Shown: one piece after another, positions 1 to 8,953 of the stretch
Layout: the number at the start of each line of letters is the position of its first letter
Position numbering within the stretch: position 1 is the first letter of the stretch
Assembly (NCBI GenBank): GCA_041675085.1
Contig: JBAYUN010000002.1
Location: 79,967-143,966 of the forward strand
Direction: 5' to 3'
From: Minisyncoccota bacterium
Lineage (GTDB): Bacteria > Patescibacteriota > Minisyncoccia > Phycocordibacterales > UBA9973
DNA: 64,000 nucleotides
The notes under the pieces: generated by a model
Database searches by the model: none
Seen by the model: the letters and a program-made list of their open reading frames with translations, nothing else
What the model was told of the DNA's origin: nothing
Program-made: the position numbers and the translations under genes

Positions 1-288
1 ATTGCGTTCTGGTATGTAGACCTCAAAATTCGGATATTTTATTTTTTTAAATAAATCCGAAAGTATCACAGCACCTGGAATACCATCGCAATCATAGTCC
101 GTGTAAATAACAATCTTTTCATTATTTTTTATAGCATCAAAAATCCTAACACAAGACTTCTCCATATCTCTCATTAAAAAAGGATCAAAAAAATCTGTCT
201 CATAGAGCGGATTTAAGAAAGATTCTATTTCATCTTTATTTATCAATCCCCTTTTATTCAATAACTGTGTCAAAAATTCACTGTGCAT
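1..288 (-). CDS. recJ: Single-stranded-DNA-specific exonuclease RecJ, N-terminal part; the gene continues beyond the window start
   Basis: Minus-strand translation from ATG at 288 gives MHSEFLTQLL...IVIYTDYDCDGIPGAVIL, which matches the DHH-family motif of RecJ. The ORF runs off the window edge. Confidence 0.55.
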   Translation of the reverse strand, partial: MHSEFLTQLLNKRGLINKDEIESFLNPLYETDFFDPFLMRDMEKSCVRIFDAIKNNEKIVIYTDYDCDGIPGAVILSDLFKKIKYPNFEVYIPERN

Positions 289-328
289 ATATAAATGCAA
301 TTTTAACACATAATGTTATAATATACGC

Positions 329-709
329 ATGAAGGATAACTGTATTTTTTGCAAAATAGTTATTGGTAGTCTTCCAAGCAATAAAGTCTATGAAGACGAA
401 TACTTTTTAGCATTCTTAGATATCAATCCTCTCGGACCCGGACATGTACAAGTAATACCTAAAAAACATTTTCGTTATGTTTGGGACTTGCCTAGTCAAG
501 AATCTATCCCTGGCAATATCCGAGACTATTTCGCTATAGTTCAGAAAATAGCTACCGCTCAAAAGAAAGCTTTCAACGCAGACATAATCCGTAGTCAGAT
601 ATACGGAGAAGAAGTCGAACACGCTCACGTTTGGATCTGGCCTGAGACTCCTGGCAACTCTACGAACTTTACAGAAAACCGAGACAAAATAAAAAATGCA
701 TTAAATTAA
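329..709 (+). CDS. HIT-family (histidine triad) hydrolase
   Basis: 126 aa. N-terminal CIFCKI zinc-ribbon-like start and C-terminal H-x-H-x-h-x-h motif (EHAHVWIWP). Confidence 0.75.
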   Translation: MKDNCIFCKIVIGSLPSNKVYEDEYFLAFLDINPLGPGHVQVIPKKHFRYVWDLPSQESIPGNIRDYFAIVQKIATAQKKAFNADIIRSQIYGEEVEHAHVWIWPETPGNSTNFTENRDKIKNALN

Positions 710-737
710 AAACCTTCAATATTATTGAAGGTTTTTA
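708..737. terminator. Bidirectional rho-independent terminator between the HIT gene and pgk
   Basis: Hairpin aaccttcaat-att-attgaaggtt flanked by A-run and T-run. Confidence 0.6.
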
Positions 738-750
738 ATTTACTATTTCT

Positions 751-1815
751 TTATTTCAAAGCCTTAATTCCAGGCAAAGTACCTTTGGCTAGGAAGTCTA
801 ACGTCGCTCCGCCTCCCGTGGAAACAAAACTAAATTTATTCTCTAATTTCATTTTCGAGATAAGGGCTACTGTATCCCCTCCACCTATAATACTAATAGC
901 TTTTGAATTACCCACACTCTTTAAAATTTTCTTAGAAGCTATATCTCCTCCCTTTTCATACATACCCAAAGGCCCGTTCCAAAGGATTAATTTTGCTTTA
1001 TTGATATAAGATTCTAAATTCTTCACAGACTCAACTCCGACATCTAGAATAATATCATTTTTCAAAACTGCATCAGTCTTCACATTGACTAGTTTGCCTT
1101 CTCTTTCTACGACAACATCAGTCGGTAATATTAATTTCTTATTCTTTAAGAGAGATTTGATATTATAATTTGTTCCGTCAATGAGTGACTTGCCTACTTC
1201 TAATCCTTTAGCTTTTAGAAAATCATTAAGCAAGGCTCCTCCGATAAATACAGAATCGGCAGTATTTAGATACTTCTTAATCAAAGGCATTTTAGTAGAG
1301 AACTTTGCTCCACCTAGAATAAAAAGAAAAGGGTGTTTTGGCTTGGCAAAAGGCAGACTCAGATTCTTCACTTCTTCTTCCAATTGAAATCCTGCATAAG
1401 AAGGTAAAAGTTTTGGAATCCCTACGATAGATGCATGAGCTCTATGGGCTACAGAGAAAGCGTCGTTGACATAGAAGTCCCCCAAACTTGCAAACTCTTT
1501 GGCGAGAGTCTTGTCGTTATGCTCTTCTCCTTCAAAAATACGTATGTTTGGTGAGAATATCACATCTTTTTTAGACATTTTAGACAACCTAAAGAATTCT
1601 TTGACTACAGGTGTGATATCACTACTACCGTCTTTACCTAAATGCATTAAGATCAAAACCTTGGCACCTTTATCTACTAAATACTTAATAGTAGGTATAC
1701 CTTTTTTAATCCTAAAATTATCTACCACCTTTCCCGAGGAGATAGGCACATTAAAATCAACTCTAACAATTATTTTTTTATTTTTTATTTTTTTTAAACT
1801 TTTTATATTTTGCAT
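751..1815 (-). CDS. pgk: Phosphoglycerate kinase
   Basis: 354 aa. The N-terminal KIIVRVDFNVP motif and the overall glycine-rich nucleotide-binding segments are typical of PGK. Confidence 0.85.
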   Translation of the reverse strand: MQNIKSLKKIKNKKIIVRVDFNVPISSGKVVDNFRIKKGIPTIKYLVDKGAKVLILMHLGKDGSSDITPVVKEFFRLSKMSKKDVIFSPNIRIFEGEEHNDKTLAKEFASLGDFYVNDAFSVAHRAHASIVGIPKLLPSYAGFQLEEEVKNLSLPFAKPKHPFLFILGGAKFSTKMPLIKKYLNTADSVFIGGALLNDFLKAKGLEVGKSLIDGTNYNIKSLLKNKKLILPTDVVVEREGKLVNVKTDAVLKNDIILDVGVESVKNLESYINKAKLILWNGPLGMYEKGGDIASKKILKSVGNSKAISIIGGGDTVALISKMKLENKFSFVSTGGGATLDFLAKGTLPGIKALK

Positions 1816-1826
1816 ATTAAATAATA

Positions 1827-2615
1827 TTAAATGAAGTCTTCTGTAATTTTAATAATCTCACTAAACTTTTTAGCATTCAAACTATCTCTCCCAACTAGGA
1901 AGCCTTGACTATCACCTTCCTTCAAGAAATCATAAGCATTCTCTGGATGCACTGAACCACCATAAATGATTCGAATCTTGGATATATTTTTTGCACCAAA
2001 TTTATCTGTAAGTATTTTCTTTATTAAAATAGAGATTTCTCTAAATTCTAAAGATGTGGCTTGACGGAGTGCGTCTTGACCAATGGCCCAGACAGGCTCA
2101 TAAGCAATCACTAGGTTATTTAAAGTATTTTTATTTATCCCGCTCAAGCATTCTTCTACCTGAGACTTAATCACATTTAAATATTCATGATTCTCATCTC
2201 TATCTTTTTCTCCCACACACAATATCGGAGTAATACTATTTGGAATAAGTTTTAATTTCTTGTTTATGACTATGTTATTTTCACCGAGCTCTCTTCTTTC
2301 AGAATGACCTAAAATAATATATTTTACTCCTAAACTATTAAGCATATCAATACTAACTTCCCCAGTATAAGCACCATTACGTGAGATAGAATTTTCTGAA
2401 AAAACATTCTGAGCACCGAGCACACTTCTCTTTGAGACTTTACGTAAACTTTCTAAATAAATATATGGTACGCAAAAAGCAATTTCTATTTTTTTAATTT
2501 TGGAAGTACTAGATAATACTTCTTTAAATAGCCTTACAGCTTCTTTAGAAGTGACAGGGTTCATTTTCCAATTACCAATAATTATTTTCTTTTTCATTAA
2601 ATAATTATAACACAA
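1827..2615 (-). CDS. tpiA: Triosephosphate isomerase
   Basis: IIIGNWKMN, GHSERR and AYEPVWAIG motifs. The true start is probably the internal MKKKIII at 2597. Confidence 0.85.
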   Translation of the reverse strand: MCYNYLMKKKIIIGNWKMNPVTSKEAVRLFKEVLSSTSKIKKIEIAFCVPYIYLESLRKVSKRSVLGAQNVFSENSISRNGAYTGEVSIDMLNSLGVKYIILGHSERRELGENNIVINKKLKLIPNSITPILCVGEKDRDENHEYLNVIKSQVEECLSGINKNTLNNLVIAYEPVWAIGQDALRQATSLEFREISILIKKILTDKFGAKNISKIRIIYGGSVHPENAYDFLKEGDSQGFLVGRDSLNAKKFSEIIKITEDFI

Positions 2616-2618
2616 AAA

Positions 2619-4379
2619 TTATTCTTCCTTCCAAGATGATATATTCCAAGACCCTGAGGGACCTGAAGAAAAATTATTGTCAGTTAATCCTGACTCATAA
2701 GTAATACTAGCTCCCCCTGTGACGGTTAATTTATAAGCTGTAGCTTCTTTCAATGAGGCTCCTCCTGTGGCAACCATAGTACCATTGTGAGCATAAGCTA
2801 TAGTTGATCCCGCTCCTCCATTAATAGTAAATGCGTTCGTTCCGCTATTTGTAGTAAGTAACATTAAATAGCTACCAGTAGTTCCTGAACCTGTAGCACT
2901 ACCTCCGCCAGAGACTGAGATAATACCATCAGCAACAACCACTCCATCATTTGTACCATACGAAGAATCGAGCTTTATCTTGCCTCCACCATTTAAAGTA
3001 ATATCACCAGTAACCCACAAATTACCAGTTAGATTTAATATACCACCACTAGAAACACTCAGATTCCCATTGATTTTCCTTGGACCGAGAGTAGCCCCAG
3101 CCCAACCAACACTATAATTACCATTATATATTTCACCAGCTTCAGCCTCTTCTTTCCAGCCTTCTATATTTGCCTCAGAAACAGGAAATTCTATATAGAC
3201 TGGGTCAGTGCCTGATGTACAACTTTTATTATTATTGACTCCACTTTGGCAATAAATAGTACCACCCGCATTTACGAAATTTACAGTATTGGCTTTGACT
3301 AATCCACCAATACTCAATCTATTATGTTGATCAACTCCGGTAATTCGTCCATTCACACCACCTAAATAAACTTTAAAAAAATAATCTAAGCCTGACGGAG
3401 TTGTATTAGACCAAGAATTTCCCTGACGTCCTATTTTAGCTAAACCGAAAGAATAAGAATTACCAAATGCACCTATCGTATAATAATTGCTAGCATTAGT
3501 GCCAGTATCAACAACAAGCCAATAAGTAGTATTAGTTTGCAATAATGGATTAGTTGTAAAAGATACACCTATCCAACCATAAGAAGTTGTAACTGAGCTA
3601 GAAGATAATGTACCAGTAGCCAGTATTGTACTCCCAGGAGCACCACTAGAATCATTACGAATAGTTACAGTCCCACCACTAGGATTGCCAACTTTTTTTA
3701 TATAGAGTTCAACCTTATTTAAAGGCAAAGTATCATTTGTAATTTCAAAACTCTGAGCAACGTCTTGTGTTCCATTACTATTAGCAAATACAACATCATA
3801 AGTAGGAGTACCTGAGCCGTTGGATTGATTGGCTGTTAGTCCTGGGCTATTTGCAGAGATAGCGCTCCCGCTGATATTATTAGAACCTGATGTAGTTGAA
3901 GTAATTGGTCCATTGGCATAAACATTACCGTTAATTGCGCCACTGTCTAGATGTATTCCTCCAGCACCTACCTGTACTCCATAATTAAAACTCACACCCA
4001 CATCAGTCTCTAAATCTACAGCTAAGGTTCTATTGTAGTCAGATACATCACCCAAAGAGGTAATACTTTTTTCATTCGCTGAAGGAGTCGAAATATTAGT
4101 TGTGACGGTATTACTATTTAACGACAAAATTTCTTCTGAATCTATTGTCATATTGTTTTTAATTCTATAGATAGCATCTTCTACTCCTGATTCAGCTAAA
4201 AATAAACTTTGCTTAGACTTAATTAAATCATTGGAATTTTTAAAAATTTTCACAGAAGGAGAAACAATACCAGACACAGAAGCCAGTGAAATAAACAAAA
4301 AAAATAAAGTAGAAATTATCATTGCATTACCTTTATTTCTTTTATGTAAAAAATTATTTTTATAATATTTGAATTTCAT
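2619..4379 (-). CDS. Large G/S/T/N-rich surface protein, the last gene of the pilus operon; possible pilus-associated adhesin or large minor pilin
   Basis: 586 aa. It has an N-terminal basic segment and then a hydrophobic helix (NKGNAMIISTLFFLFISLA) but no E at +5. The composition is low-complexity G/S/T/N, and it is co-oriented with and abuts the prepilin genes. Confidence 0.4.
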   Translation of the reverse strand: MKFKYYKNNFLHKRNKGNAMIISTLFFLFISLASVSGIVSPSVKIFKNSNDLIKSKQSLFLAESGVEDAIYRIKNNMTIDSEEILSLNSNTVTTNISTPSANEKSITSLGDVSDYNRTLAVDLETDVGVSFNYGVQVGAGGIHLDSGAINGNVYANGPITSTTSGSNNISGSAISANSPGLTANQSNGSGTPTYDVVFANSNGTQDVAQSFEITNDTLPLNKVELYIKKVGNPSGGTVTIRNDSSGAPGSTILATGTLSSSSVTTSYGWIGVSFTTNPLLQTNTTYWLVVDTGTNASNYYTIGAFGNSYSFGLAKIGRQGNSWSNTTPSGLDYFFKVYLGGVNGRITGVDQHNRLSIGGLVKANTVNFVNAGGTIYCQSGVNNNKSCTSGTDPVYIEFPVSEANIEGWKEEAEAGEIYNGNYSVGWAGATLGPRKINGNLSVSSGGILNLTGNLWVTGDITLNGGGKIKLDSSYGTNDGVVVADGIISVSGGGSATGSGTTGSYLMLLTTNSGTNAFTINGGAGSTIAYAHNGTMVATGGASLKEATAYKLTVTGGASITYESGLTDNNFSSGPSGSWNISSWKEE

Positions 4380-4396
4380 TTTATTTTAAAGAATAT

Positions 4397-4939
4397 CTAA
4401 TAATTACTTCTCAAGACAATAGTATTGTAAAAAGTCTCAGTTCTTGAAAAACCAAAATAAATCGTCTGTAAAGTTAACTCTAGTTTAATAACCTGACTAG
4501 CTAAAGGCACCACATTATTTGCTTCGTAATTAGCCGAACCTCGAATATGTCCTAAAGAAGTCACAGAAAAATCTAACACTTTGGTTCTTTTACCAGTTAA
4601 CGAAGCTGATAATTGATCATCTTCATACAAGTTTAAACCATTACCATATTGCAAAAATTCAATAGTATGGTCAGCACCATTAATATCTTTCTTGCTTAAT
4701 TTAATACTAGACTCAGACATACTAACAATACCTTCTGAGTTTTTAATCTCTCTAGCAATATTTTCTATAATCTGTGCATGCTGCTTCAAGTTGTGATTTA
4801 CAAAATTTTCCTTAAAACTAGAAATCATTAAAAAGGTTGAATTCATAACCAACACCACGGTAACTGCAAAAATAGCTACATAAAAAACAACCTCAATCAA
4901 ACTATTACCTTTATTAAATTTTTTAAAAAAAATAATCAT
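4397..4939 (-). CDS. Prepilin-type (type IV pilin-like) protein, minor pilin
   Basis: N-terminus KG|NSLIEVVFYVAIFAVTVV is a class III signal with Glu at +5. Confidence 0.6.
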   Translation of the reverse strand: MIIFFKKFNKGNSLIEVVFYVAIFAVTVVLVMNSTFLMISSFKENFVNHNLKQHAQIIENIAREIKNSEGIVSMSESSIKLSKKDINGADHTIEFLQYGNGLNLYEDDQLSASLTGKRTKVLDFSVTSLGHIRGSANYEANNVVPLASQVIKLELTLQTIYFGFSRTETFYNTIVLRSNY

Positions 4940-5478
4940 TATGAAAATATATCACTAATATAAACTGAGACACTCTTTGTCTTAAGACTTGCTCCTTCTT
5001 GCCAAGACACAGTAACCACCACGAGTTTGGTACCATTATCATTTACACCACCAGTATCAATATCTTGAGTAGTTGTGTTTCTATTAACGTTGAAAAAAGT
5101 AATCTTACGTGTAAAACCATCTATAGTATTAGGTGTAGTAGTAAAATACCAACCATTATGACTAGTATCATATTCAATATAATAATCAGTATTTACACTC
5201 AAACTAGTAATATTACTCCAGCTCGAATCTCTAAATGCTCTAACGATTTCTACTCCCTCTTCTAAAAAGAAAGATGCTTTAGTGGTATTTAATGATTGTC
5301 TTGATATGGCGATGGCTTTTTGAGCAAGACCAGAAAAAGATACAACAGAAACAGAAATAATAAAAACAGAAATTAATACTTCTACTAAAAGAAAACCTTT
5401 ATTTTGTTTTTGCTTAAAATATTTCATTTTATTGACCTCAATCTTTACTTGCACCATTAAGAATAGTAATAACACCAA
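4939..5478 (-). CDS. Prepilin-type (type IV pilin-like) protein, minor pilin
   Basis: N-terminus KG|FLLVEVLISVFIISVSVV has Glu at +5. It overlaps its neighbours by 1 and 41 nt. Confidence 0.6.
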   Translation of the reverse strand: MVLLLFLMVQVKIEVNKMKYFKQKQNKGFLLVEVLISVFIISVSVVSFSGLAQKAIAISRQSLNTTKASFFLEEGVEIVRAFRDSSWSNITSLSVNTDYYIEYDTSHNGWYFTTTPNTIDGFTRKITFFNVNRNTTTQDIDTGGVNDNGTKLVVVTVSWQEGASLKTKSVSVYISDIFS

Positions 5479-5950
5479 AAGGTTCTATGTGTATATTTTT
5501 TGTAGTTTTATGATTTTCAATGCTTAGATTTAATGATCCAACTCCACTCACTTGATTTGTTAATCTATGAAAATAAATTTGATCTGTGGGGTCACCATTT
5601 TCACCAGAGCCCGGTGCTGTGATTTCACTCAAATCTAATTCTAGGGTAACACCAGGATCTAGATTTAGTATTTCAAGATTACTATCTTCTGCGTCATATA
5701 CTGTACCCTCAAATAAAGTTACAGAATTATTTGTAAAATAGACACCGTATGATTCTCCGTTTAAAGAATTGGAAGTTTGATTTTTAGCTTTTTCAATTAA
5801 TGAAATAATATTACTTACGTTAGCAATAAGTATTTGATTTTTGCGTAATTTGGAAAACTCAGGTAAAGCAATAGATATCAAAAGCATCAAAATAGCTATA
5901 ACAACAAGTATCTCTATTAATGTAAAAGCTTTTTGATAAAAGAATTTCAT
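5438..5950 (-). CDS. Type IV pilin-like protein, candidate major pilin
   Basis: N-terminus MKFFYQKAFTLIEILVVIAILMLL is a canonical FTLIE pilin N-terminal helix (Ala rather than Gly at -1). Confidence 0.6.
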   Translation of the reverse strand: MKFFYQKAFTLIEILVVIAILMLLISIALPEFSKLRKNQILIANVSNIISLIEKAKNQTSNSLNGESYGVYFTNNSVTLFEGTVYDAEDSNLEILNLDPGVTLELDLSEITAPGSGENGDPTDQIYFHRLTNQVSGVGSLNLSIENHKTTKNIHIEPFGVITILNGASKD

Positions 5951-5954
5951 ACTC

Positions 5955-7172
5955 TTATTGTATATTATTCAAGACTGAATACAAAGGTGTGATCATGGAT
6001 ATTGCAAAGAAACCTACTCCTCCTCCGATAACAACCATCAAAATCGGTTCGATAATAGTAGATAAATCTTTAGTTTTATTTTCTATTTCTTCTTCATAAA
6101 AAGCTGCGACTTCGAGCAACATGTCGGAGAGCTTACCAGTCTCCTCTCCTACTTGTATCATCTCAGACATCATCACAGGATACAGTTGAGAATTTTCGGA
6201 AAAGACTTCTGAGAAAGGCGAACCTTTTTCTATTCTACTTCTGACCTCTACTAAAGTTTTCTTATAGTACAAATTTTGTACAACGTTTTCAGTAATCTCA
6301 ATAGCCCGAGTAATAGATACTCCAGCGAGTAATAGAGAAGATATAGTGCGAGCTGTACGAGCAGTATTTAATTCTTTTGCCATAGTACCAATAACTGGTA
6401 ATTTTAAAACCACAAAATCAATATACTTGGCCATAAAACGTGCACGGAAAAGAAAGAACAAACCTGCCCCCAAAGCAATAACGAGCAATAAAGACAATAT
6501 CAAATATTCAGAAAAGAAATTACCCATAGCTATTATGAATTGAGTAGTAGATGGCAATTGTACACCTAATTCTTTAAAGGTTCCCGCTAAAGTCGGCACC
6601 ACATAAGCAAACATTAGAATTCCTATCAAAACCATAGCTGACATAATAACTCCAGGGTAGATCATGGCTCCTTTGATTTTCTTTGTTAGAGCGTTGGCCT
6701 TAGAAAGGTTCATGCCTATTTCATTTAAAGATGAGGATAGATTACCTGACTCCTCTCCAGCAGAAGTCATCGAGGTAAATAAAGAAGAGAAGACTTTTGG
6801 ATGCTTATTGAGTCCAGAAGACAAAGTCCCTCCACCTTCAACTTCATTTATCAACTCAATAATAATTTTTTTAAATTTTGCATTTTTGGTCTGCTTTTCC
6901 AAAACAGATAAAGCTCGAGCCAGAGATAATCCAGCTTTCAACATTCCACTTAGATTTTTTGTAAAAATTATCAACTCTGAAGTTTTGACTCTACTAAAAA
7001 TCATCTCAACCATTTGATTTAGATTAAAAGAAGAAGTATTTTTTTGTTTTACAAAAATTGGGGTATTGCCTTTTGACCTCAAATCGCGAGACGCAGAAAA
7101 ACGATCTGAGGCTTCTATTTCCCCTTCCAATATCTCTCCTGTCTTTGATTTTATTTTATATGAAAAAAGCAT
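5955..7172 (-). CDS. pilC: Type IV pilus assembly platform protein PilC / GspF family
   Basis: 405 aa polytopic membrane protein with a duplicated GspF-like domain, immediately downstream of the PilB ATPase. Confidence 0.8.
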   Translation of the reverse strand: MLFSYKIKSKTGEILEGEIEASDRFSASRDLRSKGNTPIFVKQKNTSSFNLNQMVEMIFSRVKTSELIIFTKNLSGMLKAGLSLARALSVLEKQTKNAKFKKIIIELINEVEGGGTLSSGLNKHPKVFSSLFTSMTSAGEESGNLSSSLNEIGMNLSKANALTKKIKGAMIYPGVIMSAMVLIGILMFAYVVPTLAGTFKELGVQLPSTTQFIIAMGNFFSEYLILSLLLVIALGAGLFFLFRARFMAKYIDFVVLKLPVIGTMAKELNTARTARTISSLLLAGVSITRAIEITENVVQNLYYKKTLVEVRSRIEKGSPFSEVFSENSQLYPVMMSEMIQVGEETGKLSDMLLEVAAFYEEEIENKTKDLSTIIEPILMVVIGGGVGFFAISMITPLYSVLNNIQ

Positions 7173-7175
7173 ATG

Positions 7176-8915
7176 TTATTCTGAAACTACACGGAAAACT
7201 TCTTCGATAGAAGTATTACCTAAGACTGCTTGAAATACTCCGTCTTCTATCATAGTCATCATTCCTTCTTTTTTAGCTTGCTCTTCTATTTCGTCTTGAG
7301 AACTACCTTTTATTATCAATTCACGTATAGCTAGACTTACTTTTAAAACTTCATGGATACCAACACGCCCAGAATATCCATCAGTGCTACCCTCAGGTAC
7401 TCGATAAAAAGGGATAGTTTTCCAAGTCGCATTTTCTTCGACTGCTTTTTCAGATATCAAGAATTTCATCATTCTATCTAAGTCTATAATTTTTTCTAAA
7501 CTTTTAATCTCAGCATCGCTCAAGAAATATTTTTGTTTTGTGCTAGTCAGACGTCTCACAAGTCTTTGCGCAATAATAATTCTCAAAGTAGAAACTATCA
7601 AGAAAGGCAAAACTCCCATATCCATAAATCTAGGTATTGCTCCAGCAGCAGAGTTGGTGTGAATGGTAGATAACACCAAGTGACCAGTAAGGGATGCATT
7701 AATCGCAATAGAAGCAGTCTCGCCGTCGCGAATCTCTCCTACCATAACGATGTCCGGATCCTGACGAAGCAAAGAACGGAGTCCAGAGGCGAAAGTGAAG
7801 CCAATATCAGGTTTGACTTGAGTTTGGTTTACACGTGGCATTTGATACTCTACCGGGTCTTCTACAGTAGAGATATTTACTTCTGGTTTATTCAACATGT
7901 CGAGCATGGTATACAAAGTTGTTGTCTTTCCAGATCCAGTAGGACCAGTAGCGAGCACCATGCCTGTTTTTTGTTTTAAAGATTCATAAATAAGCTCTAA
8001 TCCTTCACCATGGAAACCAAGCCCTTCGAGTGAAAAACCATGAGCATTTTCCCTCAATATTCTAATAACAGTTTTTTCTCCAAAGAAAGTCGGCAATGTA
8101 GAAACACGGAAAGAAACCTTGTCGCCATTTTGTTCTATTTTAAATCTACCGTCTTGAGGCAATCTTTTTTCGTCGAGCTTTAGATTGGACAAAACTTTAA
8201 TACGAGCGGTAATACCGGAACCTGCATTTTTATCAAGGACCATCGCATCATGTAAAATACCGTCGATACGATATCTGACAGTGAGGTTTACTTCACCGGG
8301 TTCTATATGGATATCAGAAGCATTTTGCAAAATAGCATGAGAGATGAGAGAATCTACGATTTTTACAATCGGTAAATCTTCTGCCATTTCTTTTAACTCG
8401 GCTTCAGACTTCTCCCCTTCTTCTTTAGAAATTTTTAAAGAGATACTTTCTTTTTGAATGATATTTGAAAATTCTGCTTGCAGACTTTTCTTATACTGCA
8501 TCAAAGCGGATTTGATAGAAGCCGTATCAGTCAAACGAGGTAAAATCTTAAGACCAGAACGCTTCTTGATAAAATCAATCACAGGTAAATCATCTACATC
8601 AAGCATAGCTACTTCGAGCGCATTTTCTTTTCTTTTGTAGGCAATAATATTGTAGTTGTGAGCAATAGGCTCAGGTATCAAAGACAAAACATCTAATACT
8701 ATTTTCTCATCATGCAAACTAATAAAAGGAATACCTAAAACAAAAGCCTCCATTCTTTTCAAGTCTGTTTCCGATATTTTATTTTGGGATAAAAGTAAAT
8801 CTGTCCAACGAGTCTTTTTATCTTCGGATTCTTTAATAATATCTTCAAGATCGCTCTTGTTTACGAGTTTAGATTCTAAAATAAATTTCTTTAATTGATC
8901 TTCATTTATTTGCAT
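7176..8915 (-). CDS. pilB: Type IV pilus assembly ATPase PilB / GspE family
   Basis: 579 aa. Walker A VLATGPTGSGKTTTLYTML, a GspE N-terminal domain and a His-box (LTGHLVLSTIHTN). Confidence 0.85.
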   Translation of the reverse strand: MQINEDQLKKFILESKLVNKSDLEDIIKESEDKKTRWTDLLLSQNKISETDLKRMEAFVLGIPFISLHDEKIVLDVLSLIPEPIAHNYNIIAYKRKENALEVAMLDVDDLPVIDFIKKRSGLKILPRLTDTASIKSALMQYKKSLQAEFSNIIQKESISLKISKEEGEKSEAELKEMAEDLPIVKIVDSLISHAILQNASDIHIEPGEVNLTVRYRIDGILHDAMVLDKNAGSGITARIKVLSNLKLDEKRLPQDGRFKIEQNGDKVSFRVSTLPTFFGEKTVIRILRENAHGFSLEGLGFHGEGLELIYESLKQKTGMVLATGPTGSGKTTTLYTMLDMLNKPEVNISTVEDPVEYQMPRVNQTQVKPDIGFTFASGLRSLLRQDPDIVMVGEIRDGETASIAINASLTGHLVLSTIHTNSAAGAIPRFMDMGVLPFLIVSTLRIIIAQRLVRRLTSTKQKYFLSDAEIKSLEKIIDLDRMMKFLISEKAVEENATWKTIPFYRVPEGSTDGYSGRVGIHEVLKVSLAIRELIIKGSSQDEIEEQAKKEGMMTMIEDGVFQAVLGNTSIEEVFRVVSE

Positions 8916-8953
8916 ACATATATTATAGCAAATAAAATCTTTTTAACTAAAAT

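Noticed and set aside
416-628. Antisense ORFs embedded in well-supported genes, for example 416..628, 725..1009, 1181..1387, 6346..6543, 7680..7979, 9669..10034, 42433..42810, 52767..53089 and 62870..63136.
   Set aside because: Each lies entirely inside and opposite a gene that has strong motif support. They have low-complexity translations and no motifs. They are typical shadow ORFs in AT-rich sequence.
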